A program made the position numbers and the translations under genes. DNA of 64,000 nucleotides. It comes from Staphylococcus epidermidis (GTDB lineage: Bacteria; Bacillota_I; Bacilli_A; RFN20; CAG-826). The stretch covers positions 21,656-85,655 of the forward strand of contig CAMBSI010000001.1 in NCBI GenBank assembly GCA_945870555.1, in the 5' to 3' direction. Below, in pieces: positions 1 through 9,375 of the stretch (position 1 is its first letter; each line of letters starts with the position of its first letter). The notes beneath the pieces are model-generated. The model was given only the letters and a program-made list of their open reading frames with translations, was not told where the DNA came from and did no database searches.

Positions 1-1
1 T

Positions 2-1651
2 GGATATGTTATATTTAAGTTATTAAAGATAACCATGTTGTTTATTAAAAAACCGTTCCAAGAACTTGAAAAACGCTATCAAGATACCCATGCGCTTTTT
101 TTTGTTCAAGCAGAGGCAATTTATCATCGTTTAGAAAAGATTTCGAAACATAATCTTGAATACTTTAGTTACTTTGAAGGCATCAGTAAACATCATGACA
201 TGATTAAACTTGATCTCGATCACAAGGCAAAAGATCAATTAGCAAAACTATCCCAATACGTCAAAGACAATAATGGAAAAGCTTTTACTGCGCTTTATCA
301 ACCGGCCCGAATTACGTTAGATGTATTTGAAAGTGCTGTGAAGAAATTGATGCAAGAATTGACGATGATTATGAAACCAGAAGAAGATACGAAACTTCAA
401 ATTGCTGAAGTAAAGGAACTGATTCGTCACCTTCGTAGTGAATATTTTGGCAAAATCAATCAACTTACGCTTGTAGAAAACCAATTTAACAATTTGTTTA
501 AATATGTCGATGATCAAATCAACTTTATCGACCAAAAAATGGATGCAGGCGAATATGATGACATCCAACAAATGATTTCAAAAATCACGCGTGCCGTTAA
601 AAAAATTCTCAGCTTAATGAATGATTTACCAAGAATTTGCGTCTTACTTGCACGGGTGATTCCAGATAAAATAACGAATTTAATCGAAACATCAGAGTTG
701 ATGCACAAGCAAGGTTACCCACTGCATCACCTTATGATTAAAGACACGATTACAAAAGCGAAAGATGAAATCGAACGATTACAGGTTCGGATTACAGTTT
801 TTGATATTCTCGGTATGGAAACTCAACTAAATGCAATTGGTGAAAAATTAGAAAATTTCTTTCCATTATTTGAGAAAGAAAAAGAAGCAAAGATCATTTT
901 TGATCGCGATTATGAGAAAACTTATGCTGCGGTCAATCTGTTAGAAAAGAGATTTTCAAAAGTTAACTCTGGATTACCAAAAGTAAAAGAGATTTATGTT
1001 TTGGAACACCAATTACTTTCTGATATCGATCAAATTAAAGAATTAATTTCCAGAATGAATCAAACCAAACGTGGCCTCGATACACTGGTTCTTGCCGGCA
1101 CCAAACAGCCCTACACGTTACAGGTAGATAAAATTAATATTTTAAAAAAAGAAACGGAAGTTGGCGATCAAAAACTTGATGATTTTTCACGTTATTTGTC
1201 ATCCCTAAAATCGCAATCCCAAGAGGCATATGCATCCGTTAATCAATTTTTCCTTCAATTCAAAGATGCAGAAAAAGCGTTGGAAGATTTAAACATGCAA
1301 ATATTGATTGATCAATACTATCCTCAACTCACGACGTTTTATCAACATTTAAAACAGATTGTGGATGCGCTTAGTTTATTACCAATTGATATGAATATTG
1401 TTCAACAAAATTTAAACTTGGTTAAAAAAGATGGGCAGGCACTCGTTCAGCGTATTCACGCAACGATGAAATTAGCCTTGGAAACTGAAAAGCTTTTACT
1501 GATTGCCAATAAAGATCGCCACCGGACGTCAGATAATCAAAAAATTATCGCCTTAGCAGAACAAGCATTTTTTGAAGGTAAGTTTGATAAGGCTTACCAA
1601 GAGACATCGAATTTGCTTAAAAAAATCTTAACCACGAATACAAATAAATAA
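2..1651 (+). CDS. ezrA: Septation ring formation regulator EzrA, 5' end (TM anchor) outside window
   Basis: Long coiled-coil protein. The N-terminal MLFIKKPFQELEKRYQ segment resembles the juxtamembrane region of B. subtilis EzrA. The reading frame is open back to position 2 with no stop, so the true start lies upstream of the window; the first in-window ATG is at 35. Confidence 0.6.
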   Translation, partial: GYVIFKLLKITMLFIKKPFQELEKRYQDTHALFFVQAEAIYHRLEKISKHNLEYFSYFEGISKHHDMIKLDLDHKAKDQLAKLSQYVKDNNGKAFTALYQPARITLDVFESAVKKLMQELTMIMKPEEDTKLQIAEVKELIRHLRSEYFGKINQLTLVENQFNNLFKYVDDQINFIDQKMDAGEYDDIQQMISKITRAVKKILSLMNDLPRICVLLARVIPDKITNLIETSELMHKQGYPLHHLMIKDTITKAKDEIERLQVRITVFDILGMETQLNAIGEKLENFFPLFEKEKEAKIIFDRDYEKTYAAVNLLEKRFSKVNSGLPKVKEIYVLEHQLLSDIDQIKELISRMNQTKRGLDTLVLAGTKQPYTLQVDKINILKKETEVGDQKLDDFSRYLSSLKSQSQEAYASVNQFFLQFKDAEKALEDLNMQILIDQYYPQLTTFYQHLKQIVDALSLLPIDMNIVQQNLNLVKKDGQALVQRIHATMKLALETEKLLLIANKDRHRTSDNQKIIALAEQAFFEGKFDKAYQETSNLLKKILTTNTNK

Positions 1652-1685
1652 AAAAAACTCGGTAATACCGAGTTTTTATTTTTTT
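1651..1685. terminator. Bidirectional intrinsic terminator between ezrA (+) and rplT (-)
   Basis: A-run, stem CTCGG/CCGAG around 1658-1672, then a T-run. It is the only non-coding sequence between two convergent genes. Confidence 0.6.
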
Positions 1686-1697
1686 ACAACATTACGC

Positions 1698-2054
1698 TTA
1701 AGCTTTGAGGTGTTGCTTAGCAGTTTCAACCAATGTTTTAAAACTGGTTTCATCATGAATGGCTAACTCAGATAACATTTTTCGGTTTACGGTTATGCCT
1801 GCTTGCTTTAAACCAAACATAAATTGACTATACGATAAAGCATAGACACGAACCGCCGCATTGATTCGTTTAATCCATAATTTTCTAAAGTCTGACTTAA
1901 TTTTTCGACGATCACGATAAGCATATAAGCGTGCTTTCATGACCGCTTGTTTTGCGGTTCTAAATAAACGGTGTCTTGCTCCGAAGTAACCTTCGGCTCG
2001 ATTCAAAACGCGTTTACGACGGGCGCGACTAACGGTTCCACCTTTTACTCTCAT
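1698..2054 (-). CDS. rplT: 50S ribosomal protein L20
   Basis: [17 protein letters not shown]... is a typical L20 sequence at a typical L20 size (118 aa). Confidence 0.95.
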   Translation of the reverse strand: MRVKGGTVSRARRKRVLNRAEGYFGARHRLFRTAKQAVMKARLYAYRDRRKIKSDFRKLWIKRINAAVRVYALSYSQFMFGLKQAGITVNRKMLSELAIHDETSFKTLVETAKQHLKA

Positions 2055-2067
2055 GGTTATCTCCTCC

Positions 2068-2271
2068 TTAACGGCCTAGCAAGGCTTTGATCCGTTTGTA
2101 ATCGGAAGCCGAGATTTGGCGAGACTTTCTAGCTTGACGCTTTTGTTTGGTCGATTTATGACGCGACAAGTGACCTGTATAGGCAGATTTACGCATCAAT
2201 TTTCCACTTTTTGTGATTTTGATACGCTTCATGAGCGCACGCTTTGATTTTAATTTGTATTTTTTTGCCAT
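2068..2271 (-). CDS. rpmI: 50S ribosomal protein L35
   Basis: [24 protein letters not shown]..., 67 aa and highly basic, sitting between infC and rplT. Confidence 0.93.
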   Translation of the reverse strand: MAKKYKLKSKRALMKRIKITKSGKLMRKSAYTGHLSRHKSTKQKRQARKSRQISASDYKRIKALLGR

Positions 2272-2284
2272 ACATCAGGCTCCT

Positions 2285-2845
2285 TTATTTTTTAATCGAA
2301 CTGGTTAGAAAGGTTGTCAGTAATTTACCTTCTAGTTCGGGTTTCTTTTCGACGGTTCCAACGTGTTTGACAGATTCAATAAATTTATTGACCATGTCGA
2401 TACCTAAGTCTTGATGCGCCATTTGTCGACCTTTAAATCGGAGAACGAGTTTAACTTTATCACCTGCTTCAAAGAATCCTATGGCGGCTTTAACTTTTAC
2501 TTGAAGATCGTGTTCACCAATTTGGGGACTAATTTGAATTTCCTTAATTTCAATGACATGTTGATTCTTCTTTGCTTCTTTTGCTTTTTTTTGTTGTTCG
2601 AAGCGATATTTTCCATAGTCCAGAATCTTGCATACCGGGGGTTTTGCACCTGGCGCAACACAGAGCAAGTCTAAGCCTTGTTGTTCTGCGAGTTGATTCG
2701 CTTGATAACTATTCATCACTCCAAGTTGTTTTCCAGTTTGATCGATGACGAGCACCTGAGCAAAACGGATTTGGTTGTTGACGAGGTCACCGTTGTTTTT
2801 CTTATCTGGTCGAATAGGTACGTTCATGTACGCGATAGTGATCAC
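2285..2845 (-). CDS. infC: Translation initiation factor IF-3, probable non-AUG start
   Basis: IF-3 N- and C-domain motifs (KILDYGKYRFEQQKK) and the conserved infC-rpmI-rplT order. The SD AAAGGAG sits only 1 nt before the GTG at 2845; AUC codons lie 4 and 10 nt downstream of the SD. infC classically uses an atypical start codon. Confidence 0.9.
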   Translation of the reverse strand: MITIAYMNVPIRPDKKNNGDLVNNQIRFAQVLVIDQTGKQLGVMNSYQANQLAEQQGLDLLCVAPGAKPPVCKILDYGKYRFEQQKKAKEAKKNQHVIEIKEIQISPQIGEHDLQVKVKAAIGFFEAGDKVKLVLRFKGRQMAHQDLGIDMVNKFIESVKHVGTVEKKPELEGKLLTTFLTSSIKK

Positions 2846-3000
2846 ACTCCTTTATTAAATAAAAATGGACGCGTGACGCGTCCATTCAACAATCATAGAA
2901 GGTTTAATTTCTAGCGATTGACCCATTCTGAATCAGAATCAGGTGAGAAGCGGACGCCTCTACTTTCTATTTTTACAATCGTAAATATATCATAATTGAC
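2846..3000 (-). promoter_or_regulatory. infC operon leader (L20-leader-type attenuator) with intrinsic terminator at 2857-2884
   Basis: Perfect palindrome TGGACGCGTGACGCGTCCA followed on the minus strand by a T-run, immediately upstream of the infC RBS. Matches the position of L20-mediated transcription attenuation in Firmicutes. A TTGACT..TATATT-like promoter lies near 2975-3000. Confidence 0.55.
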
Positions 3001-3007
3001 CAGAAAG

Positions 3008-4927
3008 TCAATTGTCGATGCGCAGTGAGGTAATGTCCGTGACTTCTTTTGCTACTTTTTCTAAAAATTCCTTCATCGTGACGGTGGTTTGGACTTCTGA
3101 TCCATAAGGGCGATACGTCACCAATTGACCATCGCGTTCTTTGTCACCAATGACAATAGAGTAAGGGATTTTTTCCACTTGGGCGTTACGAATACGATAT
3201 CCAAGTTTTTCATTGCTTGCATCCACCTCTGCTCGTAAACCAAGCGCAGCAGCAGCTTTTTTAAATGCATAACTATATTCAAGATGAAAGCTTTGATTAA
3301 CCGGAAGAATCTTAATTTGAACAGGCGCTAACCACGTTGGGAATGCCCCAGCATAGTGTTCAATCAAGATACCGATGAAACGTTCTAATGAACCATATAC
3401 CACGCGGTGTAACATGACCGGTCTTACTTTTTCATTCTTCTCATTAATGTAGGTTAAATCAAATCGTTCAGGGTTATTCATGTCAAGCTGAACCGTACCA
3501 CATTGCCAGGTTCTCCCAACCGAATCTTTTAATTTAAAGTCAAGTTTAGGACCATAAAATGCACCATCTCCAGGATTAATCTTAAAAGTTTTTCCCATTG
3601 CCGTTAAGGCATCACCTAATGCTTTTTCTGATTTTTCCCACGTTTCTAATGTACCAATGTACTTATCTTCGGGCCGGGTGGATAGAAAAACATCATATTC
3701 AATATGAAAAACCTTTTTATAAAAGAAGTCGAAAAGCTTGACGATTTCTTTGACTTCATTTTCAAGTTGTTCAGGGGTGCAATAAATATGGGCATCATCT
3801 TGGGTGAAATTCCTAACACGGAATAATCCTGATAAAGCGCCACTGGCTTCGTGACGGTGAACACTTCCTAATTCTCCCATGCGTATTGGAAGATCTTTGT
3901 AGGAGTAAAATTCGTTTTTGTAAACGAGCATACTGCCAGGACAATTCATCGGCTTAATGGCATATTCTTTATCATCGATTTCAGAAACATACATATTATC
4001 GCGGTAATTTTTCCAGTGGCCAGAGGTTTCCCAAAGATCTTTGGATAACATCGTTGGGGTTTGAACAAGTTGATACCCAGAAGCGCGATGAACATCGATC
4101 CAGAAATTTTCTAAAGTTTTTCTTAAGACCATCCCTTTGTTTAACCAAAATGGAAAACCAGGACCATAGTCAGAAATCATAAACAATCCTAATTCTTTTC
4201 CTAGTTTACGGTGGTCGCGTTTTTTACGTTCTTCAACCATTAATACATAAGCATCTAAATCTTTTTTATTAAAGAATGCCGTTCCATAAATACGGGTTAA
4301 TTGTTTGTTTTTGCTATCTCCACGCCAGTATGCGCCGGCGATTGATAAGAGTTTAAAGTTTTGATTGTAACTCGTATTGATAAAGTGAGGTCCTAAACAT
4401 AAATCAGTAAAATCACCTTGGGAATAAGTTGAGATTGTTCCGGTTAACGCCTGAATCATATCGCTCTTATAAGGATCACCCTTAAACATGGATAAGGCTT
4501 CTTGTTTACTGACTTCTTTTCTTTTGATGGGAAAAGATTGTTTGGCAAGTTCAATCATCTTTGTTTCGATTTTTGGAAAATCTTCTTCACTGATGGGTTG
4601 AGGTAAATCCATGTCGTAGTAAAATCCTTCATCAATGGCAGGTCCAACACCAAATTTAGTACCGGGATAAAGGGCAATCATGGCTTGGGCTAGTAAATGA
4701 GATGCATCATGACGTAACATCGTTAAGGCTTCTACATCTTTTTCAGTAATAAGACGAAATTTGCCTTCCTTTGGAATTGGCCAATATAAATCAAAAAGTT
4801 GTCCATCAAGTTCATAAGCCAATACTTTTTTTGCTAATGAGGGAGAAATTTGAGTTGCAACATCTAATCCGGTTGCCCCTAATTTCAACGCCATCGTTTT
4901 GCCATCTGGTAGAATAATGTTCATCAT
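3008..4927 (-). CDS. thrS: Threonyl-tRNA synthetase
   Basis: 639 aa with N-terminal TGS, editing and class II catalytic domains (HRDLSHLLAQ..., FRVRNFTQDDAHIY). Sits upstream of infC as in B. subtilis. Confidence 0.95.
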   Translation of the reverse strand: MMNIILPDGKTMALKLGATGLDVATQISPSLAKKVLAYELDGQLFDLYWPIPKEGKFRLITEKDVEALTMLRHDASHLLAQAMIALYPGTKFGVGPAIDEGFYYDMDLPQPISEEDFPKIETKMIELAKQSFPIKRKEVSKQEALSMFKGDPYKSDMIQALTGTISTYSQGDFTDLCLGPHFINTSYNQNFKLLSIAGAYWRGDSKNKQLTRIYGTAFFNKKDLDAYVLMVEERKKRDHRKLGKELGLFMISDYGPGFPFWLNKGMVLRKTLENFWIDVHRASGYQLVQTPTMLSKDLWETSGHWKNYRDNMYVSEIDDKEYAIKPMNCPGSMLVYKNEFYSYKDLPIRMGELGSVHRHEASGALSGLFRVRNFTQDDAHIYCTPEQLENEVKEIVKLFDFFYKKVFHIEYDVFLSTRPEDKYIGTLETWEKSEKALGDALTAMGKTFKINPGDGAFYGPKLDFKLKDSVGRTWQCGTVQLDMNNPERFDLTYINEKNEKVRPVMLHRVVYGSLERFIGILIEHYAGAFPTWLAPVQIKILPVNQSFHLEYSYAFKKAAAALGLRAEVDASNEKLGYRIRNAQVEKIPYSIVIGDKERDGQLVTYRPYGSEVQTTVTMKEFLEKVAKEVTDITSLRIDN

Positions 4928-4937
4928 TTCTCCTTTT

Positions 4938-5185
4938 AAATAAAAAAACGTCCATCAATAAGGACGCTGTTCGCGTGGTACCACCTTAATTTACATGTGA
5001 TTAAACATGTACGCTTCATACTCTTAACGCGAGTCACGATTGAGTTAACTCAATAGCTCAGAAGTGGTGATGATGATTGGAATGCGGTTAAGTTTTCACC
5101 AAGACAACTTAACTCTCTAATCGCAACGCGAATCATCAAAGCTTCATCAACGCTAGTTATATTATATAACGAATCCTAATAAGTG
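4938..5185 (-). promoter_or_regulatory. T-box riboswitch leader of thrS
   Basis: On the minus strand, the T-box motif AAGGTGGTACCACGCG (4972-4987) is followed by a terminator hairpin ACGTCC..GGACGT plus U-run (4942-4968) and the RBS AAGGAG. Confidence 0.8.
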
Positions 5186-5188
5186 CAA

Positions 5189-6025
5189 TTATTTCAAGGC
5201 AAAGGCGAGGTTTGCTGCACCAATGATCCCAGCGTCCTGTCCGAATTGAGCAAGCGCTAACGGAATATGCGGAACCGCAGATTGGAGTTGGTCCCAAAAA
5301 TATGCTTTTGATTTCATGACGCCGCCTGTAAAAATAAATGCTTGAGGACGATAATACTGATCAACAAATTTAAGGAAATGCGTCAGGTAGTCCAACCATT
5401 GTTGGAAGATAGGCATCACCAAAGGATCTTTCTTATCCACACGCGCGAAAAAAGTTTTTGCATCTGGTAAATTAACACCATGATGCTTTGCTAAATTGAT
5501 AATTCCTTGGCCGCTTGCTACCTTTTCAAATTCCTCTACACCATTGCCAAACGGGACCAGCATATGTCCAATTTCTTCAGAACTATGTTTGAGTTCGTGA
5601 TTGGCAATGAAAGCTGCACCAATACCGGTAGATATGGTGATGAAATAACTTGAAGATAGTGGTTTGCCAAAACCTAAATTACCTTCAGCAACTGCAGCCA
5701 TGACCGCATCATTTTTGATGGTTACTGGTAAATGATAAGTGGATTCTAAAAATGATTTAAGTGGAACATGACGAATCCCAATATTAGGCAAAATATCGAT
5801 GCCACCAAGTGCATCCACTCGTCCGGGTACACCACATGCAATTGCTTGAATTTTGATTCCTGATTTTAAAAGACCATCGATGCTTTTTTTGATTTGAGAT
5901 AAAAAGGCCTGGAGATCATTTAGTGGCGTGGGTTGAACATCCACATGGATGAGTTGATAGTTTTCATTTACAATCGCTGCTCTTAAATTTGTTCCCCCGA
6001 TATCTAAGGCAATCACATGCTTCAT
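5189..6025 (-). CDS. ROK-family sugar kinase (glucokinase-like), lacks the Cys-rich zinc motif
   Basis: ALDIGGTNLRAAIV N-terminal ATPase motif and ROK-like sequence. The ExGH region carries no CxCGxxGC zinc-binding cysteines. Confidence 0.65.
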   Translation of the reverse strand: MKHVIALDIGGTNLRAAIVNENYQLIHVDVQPTPLNDLQAFLSQIKKSIDGLLKSGIKIQAIACGVPGRVDALGGIDILPNIGIRHVPLKSFLESTYHLPVTIKNDAVMAAVAEGNLGFGKPLSSSYFITISTGIGAAFIANHELKHSSEEIGHMLVPFGNGVEEFEKVASGQGIINLAKHHGVNLPDAKTFFARVDKKDPLVMPIFQQWLDYLTHFLKFVDQYYRPQAFIFTGGVMKSKAYFWDQLQSAVPHIPLALAQFGQDAGIIGAANLAFALK

Positions 6026-7476
6026 AAACGCTCTTCCTTGAGGTCCTTTAGGGTGAGAATTTTCATAAAGTTAGTCGAACCGACGCCAGTTGGAACACCA
6101 CCGGTTAGGAGAATATTCGCTCCGGGTTTTAGTCCTATTTGTCTTGCCTTTAAAATGGCAAATGCTTCCATATCTTCGATGAATTGAGGCAGCGTTTTCG
6201 CATAAAAACCATAAACACCCCAAATCAATCCTAAATTTAAAACCGTTTCTCGACGATCACTGATTGCAAAAATTGGGCATATCGGTCTTGCTTTGGAAAT
6301 GCGTCGCGCTGCAACACCGGTTTCGGTAAAGGTGAAAATTGCTTGGGCGTTAATTAATAATGCTGTATTGGCGACAGAGTTGGCGATGGCGTCTGAATTA
6401 ATTTTATTACTACTTTCGTATGCTTGTTTAGACATGTTTTGATAGTCTAATTCTTTTTCCATCGTGATGGAAATTTTGGCTTGCATGAGAACGGATTCTA
6501 CAGGATACTTGCCGCTTGCAGATTCGGCTGATAACATGACCGCATCACTACTTTCAAGAATTGCATTTGCGACGTCTGAAACTTCAGCACGCGTTGGTCT
6601 TGGCATATTCACCATGCTATCTAACATCTGCGTTGCGGTAATCACTGGTTTTCCAACTCGACGGCATAAATTTACAATTCTTTTTTGAACAATTGGAACT
6701 TGTTCCGCAGCGATTTCCACGCCTAAGTCCCCGCGAGCCACCATGATGCCATCGGAAGCTTCAAGAATCTCTTCTAAATTAGTTACGCCTTCAGGATTTT
6801 CAATCTTTGCGATGATTTGAATATTTGGTTTTCCATATTTTTGTAGGATGGTTCGTATATCTAAAATATCCTGTTTTCTTCTGGTAAAACTTGCCGCGAT
6901 ATAATCTACATTATGCTCACAACCAAATTTGAAATCCGCTTCATCTTGAGCGGATATAAAAGGCATCGATAATCTTGCGAATGGAGCATTTAAACCCTTA
7001 CGATTTTTAATCGTGTGGGTATTCAGTACTTTACATACTAATTGTTTTTGCTGACGATCTTTTTCGGTGATTAATAGTCCAAGATTTCCATCATCAATTC
7101 TTAATTGGTCACCAACTTTGACGTCATCATATAACCCAGCATATGAAACTGAAAAGATGTCAGCATTTCCTAACAACGGGGTCATGCTCACACGAATCAT
7201 GCTATCTTGCTTAATTAATGCGGAATCATCCTTAAACATCCCGACGCGAATTTCCGGTCCGCGTGAATCCAACATCACAGGAATAAAAATTCCTTTTTCT
7301 TTTTCAAGACGTCTTGCGAGTTCAATTTTTTTAAGGTGCGTTGGATAATCTCCATGAGAAAAATTGACCCGCATGACATTCATGCCAGCGTCAACAAGCT
7401 CTACCAATTTTTCATAGGTTTCCGATGCAGGTCCAATCGTTGCTACGATTTTTGTCTTTTTGTCATATCTATACAT
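6022..7476 (-). CDS. pyk: Pyruvate kinase
   Basis: KTKIVATIGPAS...MRVNFSHG, 484 aa, directly downstream of pfkA as in Firmicutes. Confidence 0.95.
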   Translation of the reverse strand: MYRYDKKTKIVATIGPASETYEKLVELVDAGMNVMRVNFSHGDYPTHLKKIELARRLEKEKGIFIPVMLDSRGPEIRVGMFKDDSALIKQDSMIRVSMTPLLGNADIFSVSYAGLYDDVKVGDQLRIDDGNLGLLITEKDRQQKQLVCKVLNTHTIKNRKGLNAPFARLSMPFISAQDEADFKFGCEHNVDYIAASFTRRKQDILDIRTILQKYGKPNIQIIAKIENPEGVTNLEEILEASDGIMVARGDLGVEIAAEQVPIVQKRIVNLCRRVGKPVITATQMLDSMVNMPRPTRAEVSDVANAILESSDAVMLSAESASGKYPVESVLMQAKISITMEKELDYQNMSKQAYESSNKINSDAIANSVANTALLINAQAIFTFTETGVAARRISKARPICPIFAISDRRETVLNLGLIWGVYGFYAKTLPQFIEDMEAFAILKARQIGLKPGANILLTGGVPTGVGSTNFMKILTLKDLKEERL

Positions 7477-7480
7477 AATT

Positions 7481-8461
7481 TTATTTTAACCGATCAATCA
7501 CATTAACGATTCTCGTATGCTTTTCTCTTTGCATGGCGAGCGCTTCGTGTATATCTAAGTCAATTAAGCTTTGGCCTTTGACTCCGATACAGCGACTGGT
7601 CTTCCCTTCATTTAAACATTGTACGGCGTATTCGCCCATTCGCGAAGCAAGAATGCGATCAAACGCAGAAGGAGATCCTCCACGCTGAATTCTACCGAGA
7701 ACTTCAGTTCGTACTTCAAAGCCAGTTTCTTGTTGAACAAATCGTGCGAGTTCAGTTAAATCAAACAATTTTTCTGACACAATCACCATTGCATGGTTTT
7801 TACTTGTCGCTTTTTGAAACTTAAGGCGTTCCACAATTTCTTTCAATGGAATTAAGTTATCTCCGGAAATGGTAAGTTCAGCCCCACATGCTAAACCAGC
7901 ATAGATTGCTAAATCACCAGCACGATTACCCATCACTTCAATTATCGAACAACGTTGATGCGAGAAAGTGGTATCCCTTAATTTATCGACTGCTGTGACA
8001 ATCGTGTTTAGGCACGTATCAAATCCAATCGTGTAATCCGTGCATGCAATATCATTGTCGATTGTTCCGGGCAAACCGATGCAATTAATTCCCATATCCG
8101 AGAGATCTTTTGCACCACGGTAAGTTCCATCTCCGCCAATCACGACCAACGCATTGATACCAAAACGCTTTAATTGTTTCACACCTTCTTCGCGTATGTT
8201 AATATCAATAAATTCTGGCAACCGTGCCGATCTTAAAATGGTTCCACCTTTATTGATGATTTGTGAAACAAAACTACGATCTACTTTTTCAATTTGACCA
8301 CCAACTAGCCCTCGATACCCGTTGTAAATTGCATAAACATCATGGCCGTAACTAATGCCAGATCGTACAATGGCCCGAATCGCTGCATTCATACCGGGAG
8401 AATCACCCCCTGAGGTCAAAACCCCGATGCTAAGTTTTTTCACTTCGATTCCTTCCACCAA
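7481..8461 (-). CDS. pfkA: ATP-dependent 6-phosphofructokinase
   Basis: IGVLTSGGDSPGMNAAIRAIVR and GGDGTYRGA motifs, 326 aa. Confidence 0.95.
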   Translation of the reverse strand: MVEGIEVKKLSIGVLTSGGDSPGMNAAIRAIVRSGISYGHDVYAIYNGYRGLVGGQIEKVDRSFVSQIINKGGTILRSARLPEFIDINIREEGVKQLKRFGINALVVIGGDGTYRGAKDLSDMGINCIGLPGTIDNDIACTDYTIGFDTCLNTIVTAVDKLRDTTFSHQRCSIIEVMGNRAGDLAIYAGLACGAELTISGDNLIPLKEIVERLKFQKATSKNHAMVIVSEKLFDLTELARFVQQETGFEVRTEVLGRIQRGGSPSAFDRILASRMGEYAVQCLNEGKTSRCIGVKGQSLIDLDIHEALAMQREKHTRIVNVIDRLK

Positions 8462-9252
8462 TTTAATGCTTGCTTTGTTTTGTTGGGAAGAAGAAGATGA
8501 CTAGTTCGTTTTGTTGAACGTGGGTCATGTTTTTCGCCTCTTGGGACAACATGCCAACTTTGTAAATTTCCAAGTTTCTTCAAGTTAGATTGAATTTGGG
8601 AATAATCAAACATCTTACAAGAAAAAATATCGAAGAACATTTGTTTTGTCTTGAGATTAAGATGGATTGATAAATGGGATTCTGCAATCATCACAATACT
8701 CGATAAATAGGTTGGGTCTTTATAACGATTATAGATGCCATAAGCTCTGGTTATCGGGGTCATGCCAATTTTGGAAATTAAATCTTCCAGAAACGTATTG
8801 GTAGTTTCTAAGGTCATTAACGAACCTAGTTGTAACGTTGCCATGACGTGTGGTCCAAAGACTTCTTTTGGATCAAAAGTTTCTGAGGTATTTGGACCTA
8901 ATCGATTTGCAGAAAATAAACGACTAAATTTAGGGTTTGTGGGCAAATAGGATTGAATAATTTTTTCAAAATTTTCCTTCGATATATCTTTCGGAGTGTA
9001 GAAATCTACAAAAAAACAACCCCGAAGTGGGAATGTATGAATCGTGAAATGCCCACCTTCAAGAAAAATATAACTAGATAAGCCTTCATCTAAGGGAACC
9101 AAACCATAATCATATGGTAAGAGATAAGCAGGAGAAATTGGTTTAATGCCTAAATCAAATAAGACTAAATTGATGGTCTGATTGATAAAAGAAGCATCAC
9201 CTAGTGGTAACTTTGCTTTTGCGCCATAACCATCGAACATTAAATGTGTCAT
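8440..9252 (-). CDS. Tandem (pseudo-dimeric) S-adenosylmethionine-decarboxylase-fold protein, class 1b SpeH-like duplicated
   Basis: Both halves align to class 1b AdoMetDC. The N-half has FLEGGHFTIHTFP...VDFYTP, where the pyruvoyl-precursor Ser is replaced by Gly. The C-half has IAESHLSIHLNL...DIFSC, which keeps ES-H but has lost the HSFPE box. 22-nt overlap with the pfkA start. Confidence 0.55.
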   Translation of the reverse strand: MTHLMFDGYGAKAKLPLGDASFINQTINLVLFDLGIKPISPAYLLPYDYGLVPLDEGLSSYIFLEGGHFTIHTFPLRGCFFVDFYTPKDISKENFEKIIQSYLPTNPKFSRLFSANRLGPNTSETFDPKEVFGPHVMATLQLGSLMTLETTNTFLEDLISKIGMTPITRAYGIYNRYKDPTYLSSIVMIAESHLSIHLNLKTKQMFFDIFSCKMFDYSQIQSNLKKLGNLQSWHVVPRGEKHDPRSTKRTSHLLLPNKTKQALNWWKESK

Positions 9253-9375
9253 GTATGGTTCTCCATTTACCTAGATAATGCTATCAAAAATAGGGTGGTT
9301 TATCAATGAAAGTTATTCGATAGAAAACAAAGATTTCTTTTCAATTGAATCGGTTATAATTTATAATAATCTTCT

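Noticed and set aside
4942-4968. Plus-strand terminator-like hairpin ACGTCC..GGACG with A-run
   Set aside because: It is the reverse complement of the thrS T-box terminator on the minus strand, not an independent element.
5437-5445. Perfect DnaA-box TTATCCACA
   Set aside because: It is a single isolated box inside the ROK kinase coding sequence, with no cluster or AT-rich DUE, so it is not an origin.
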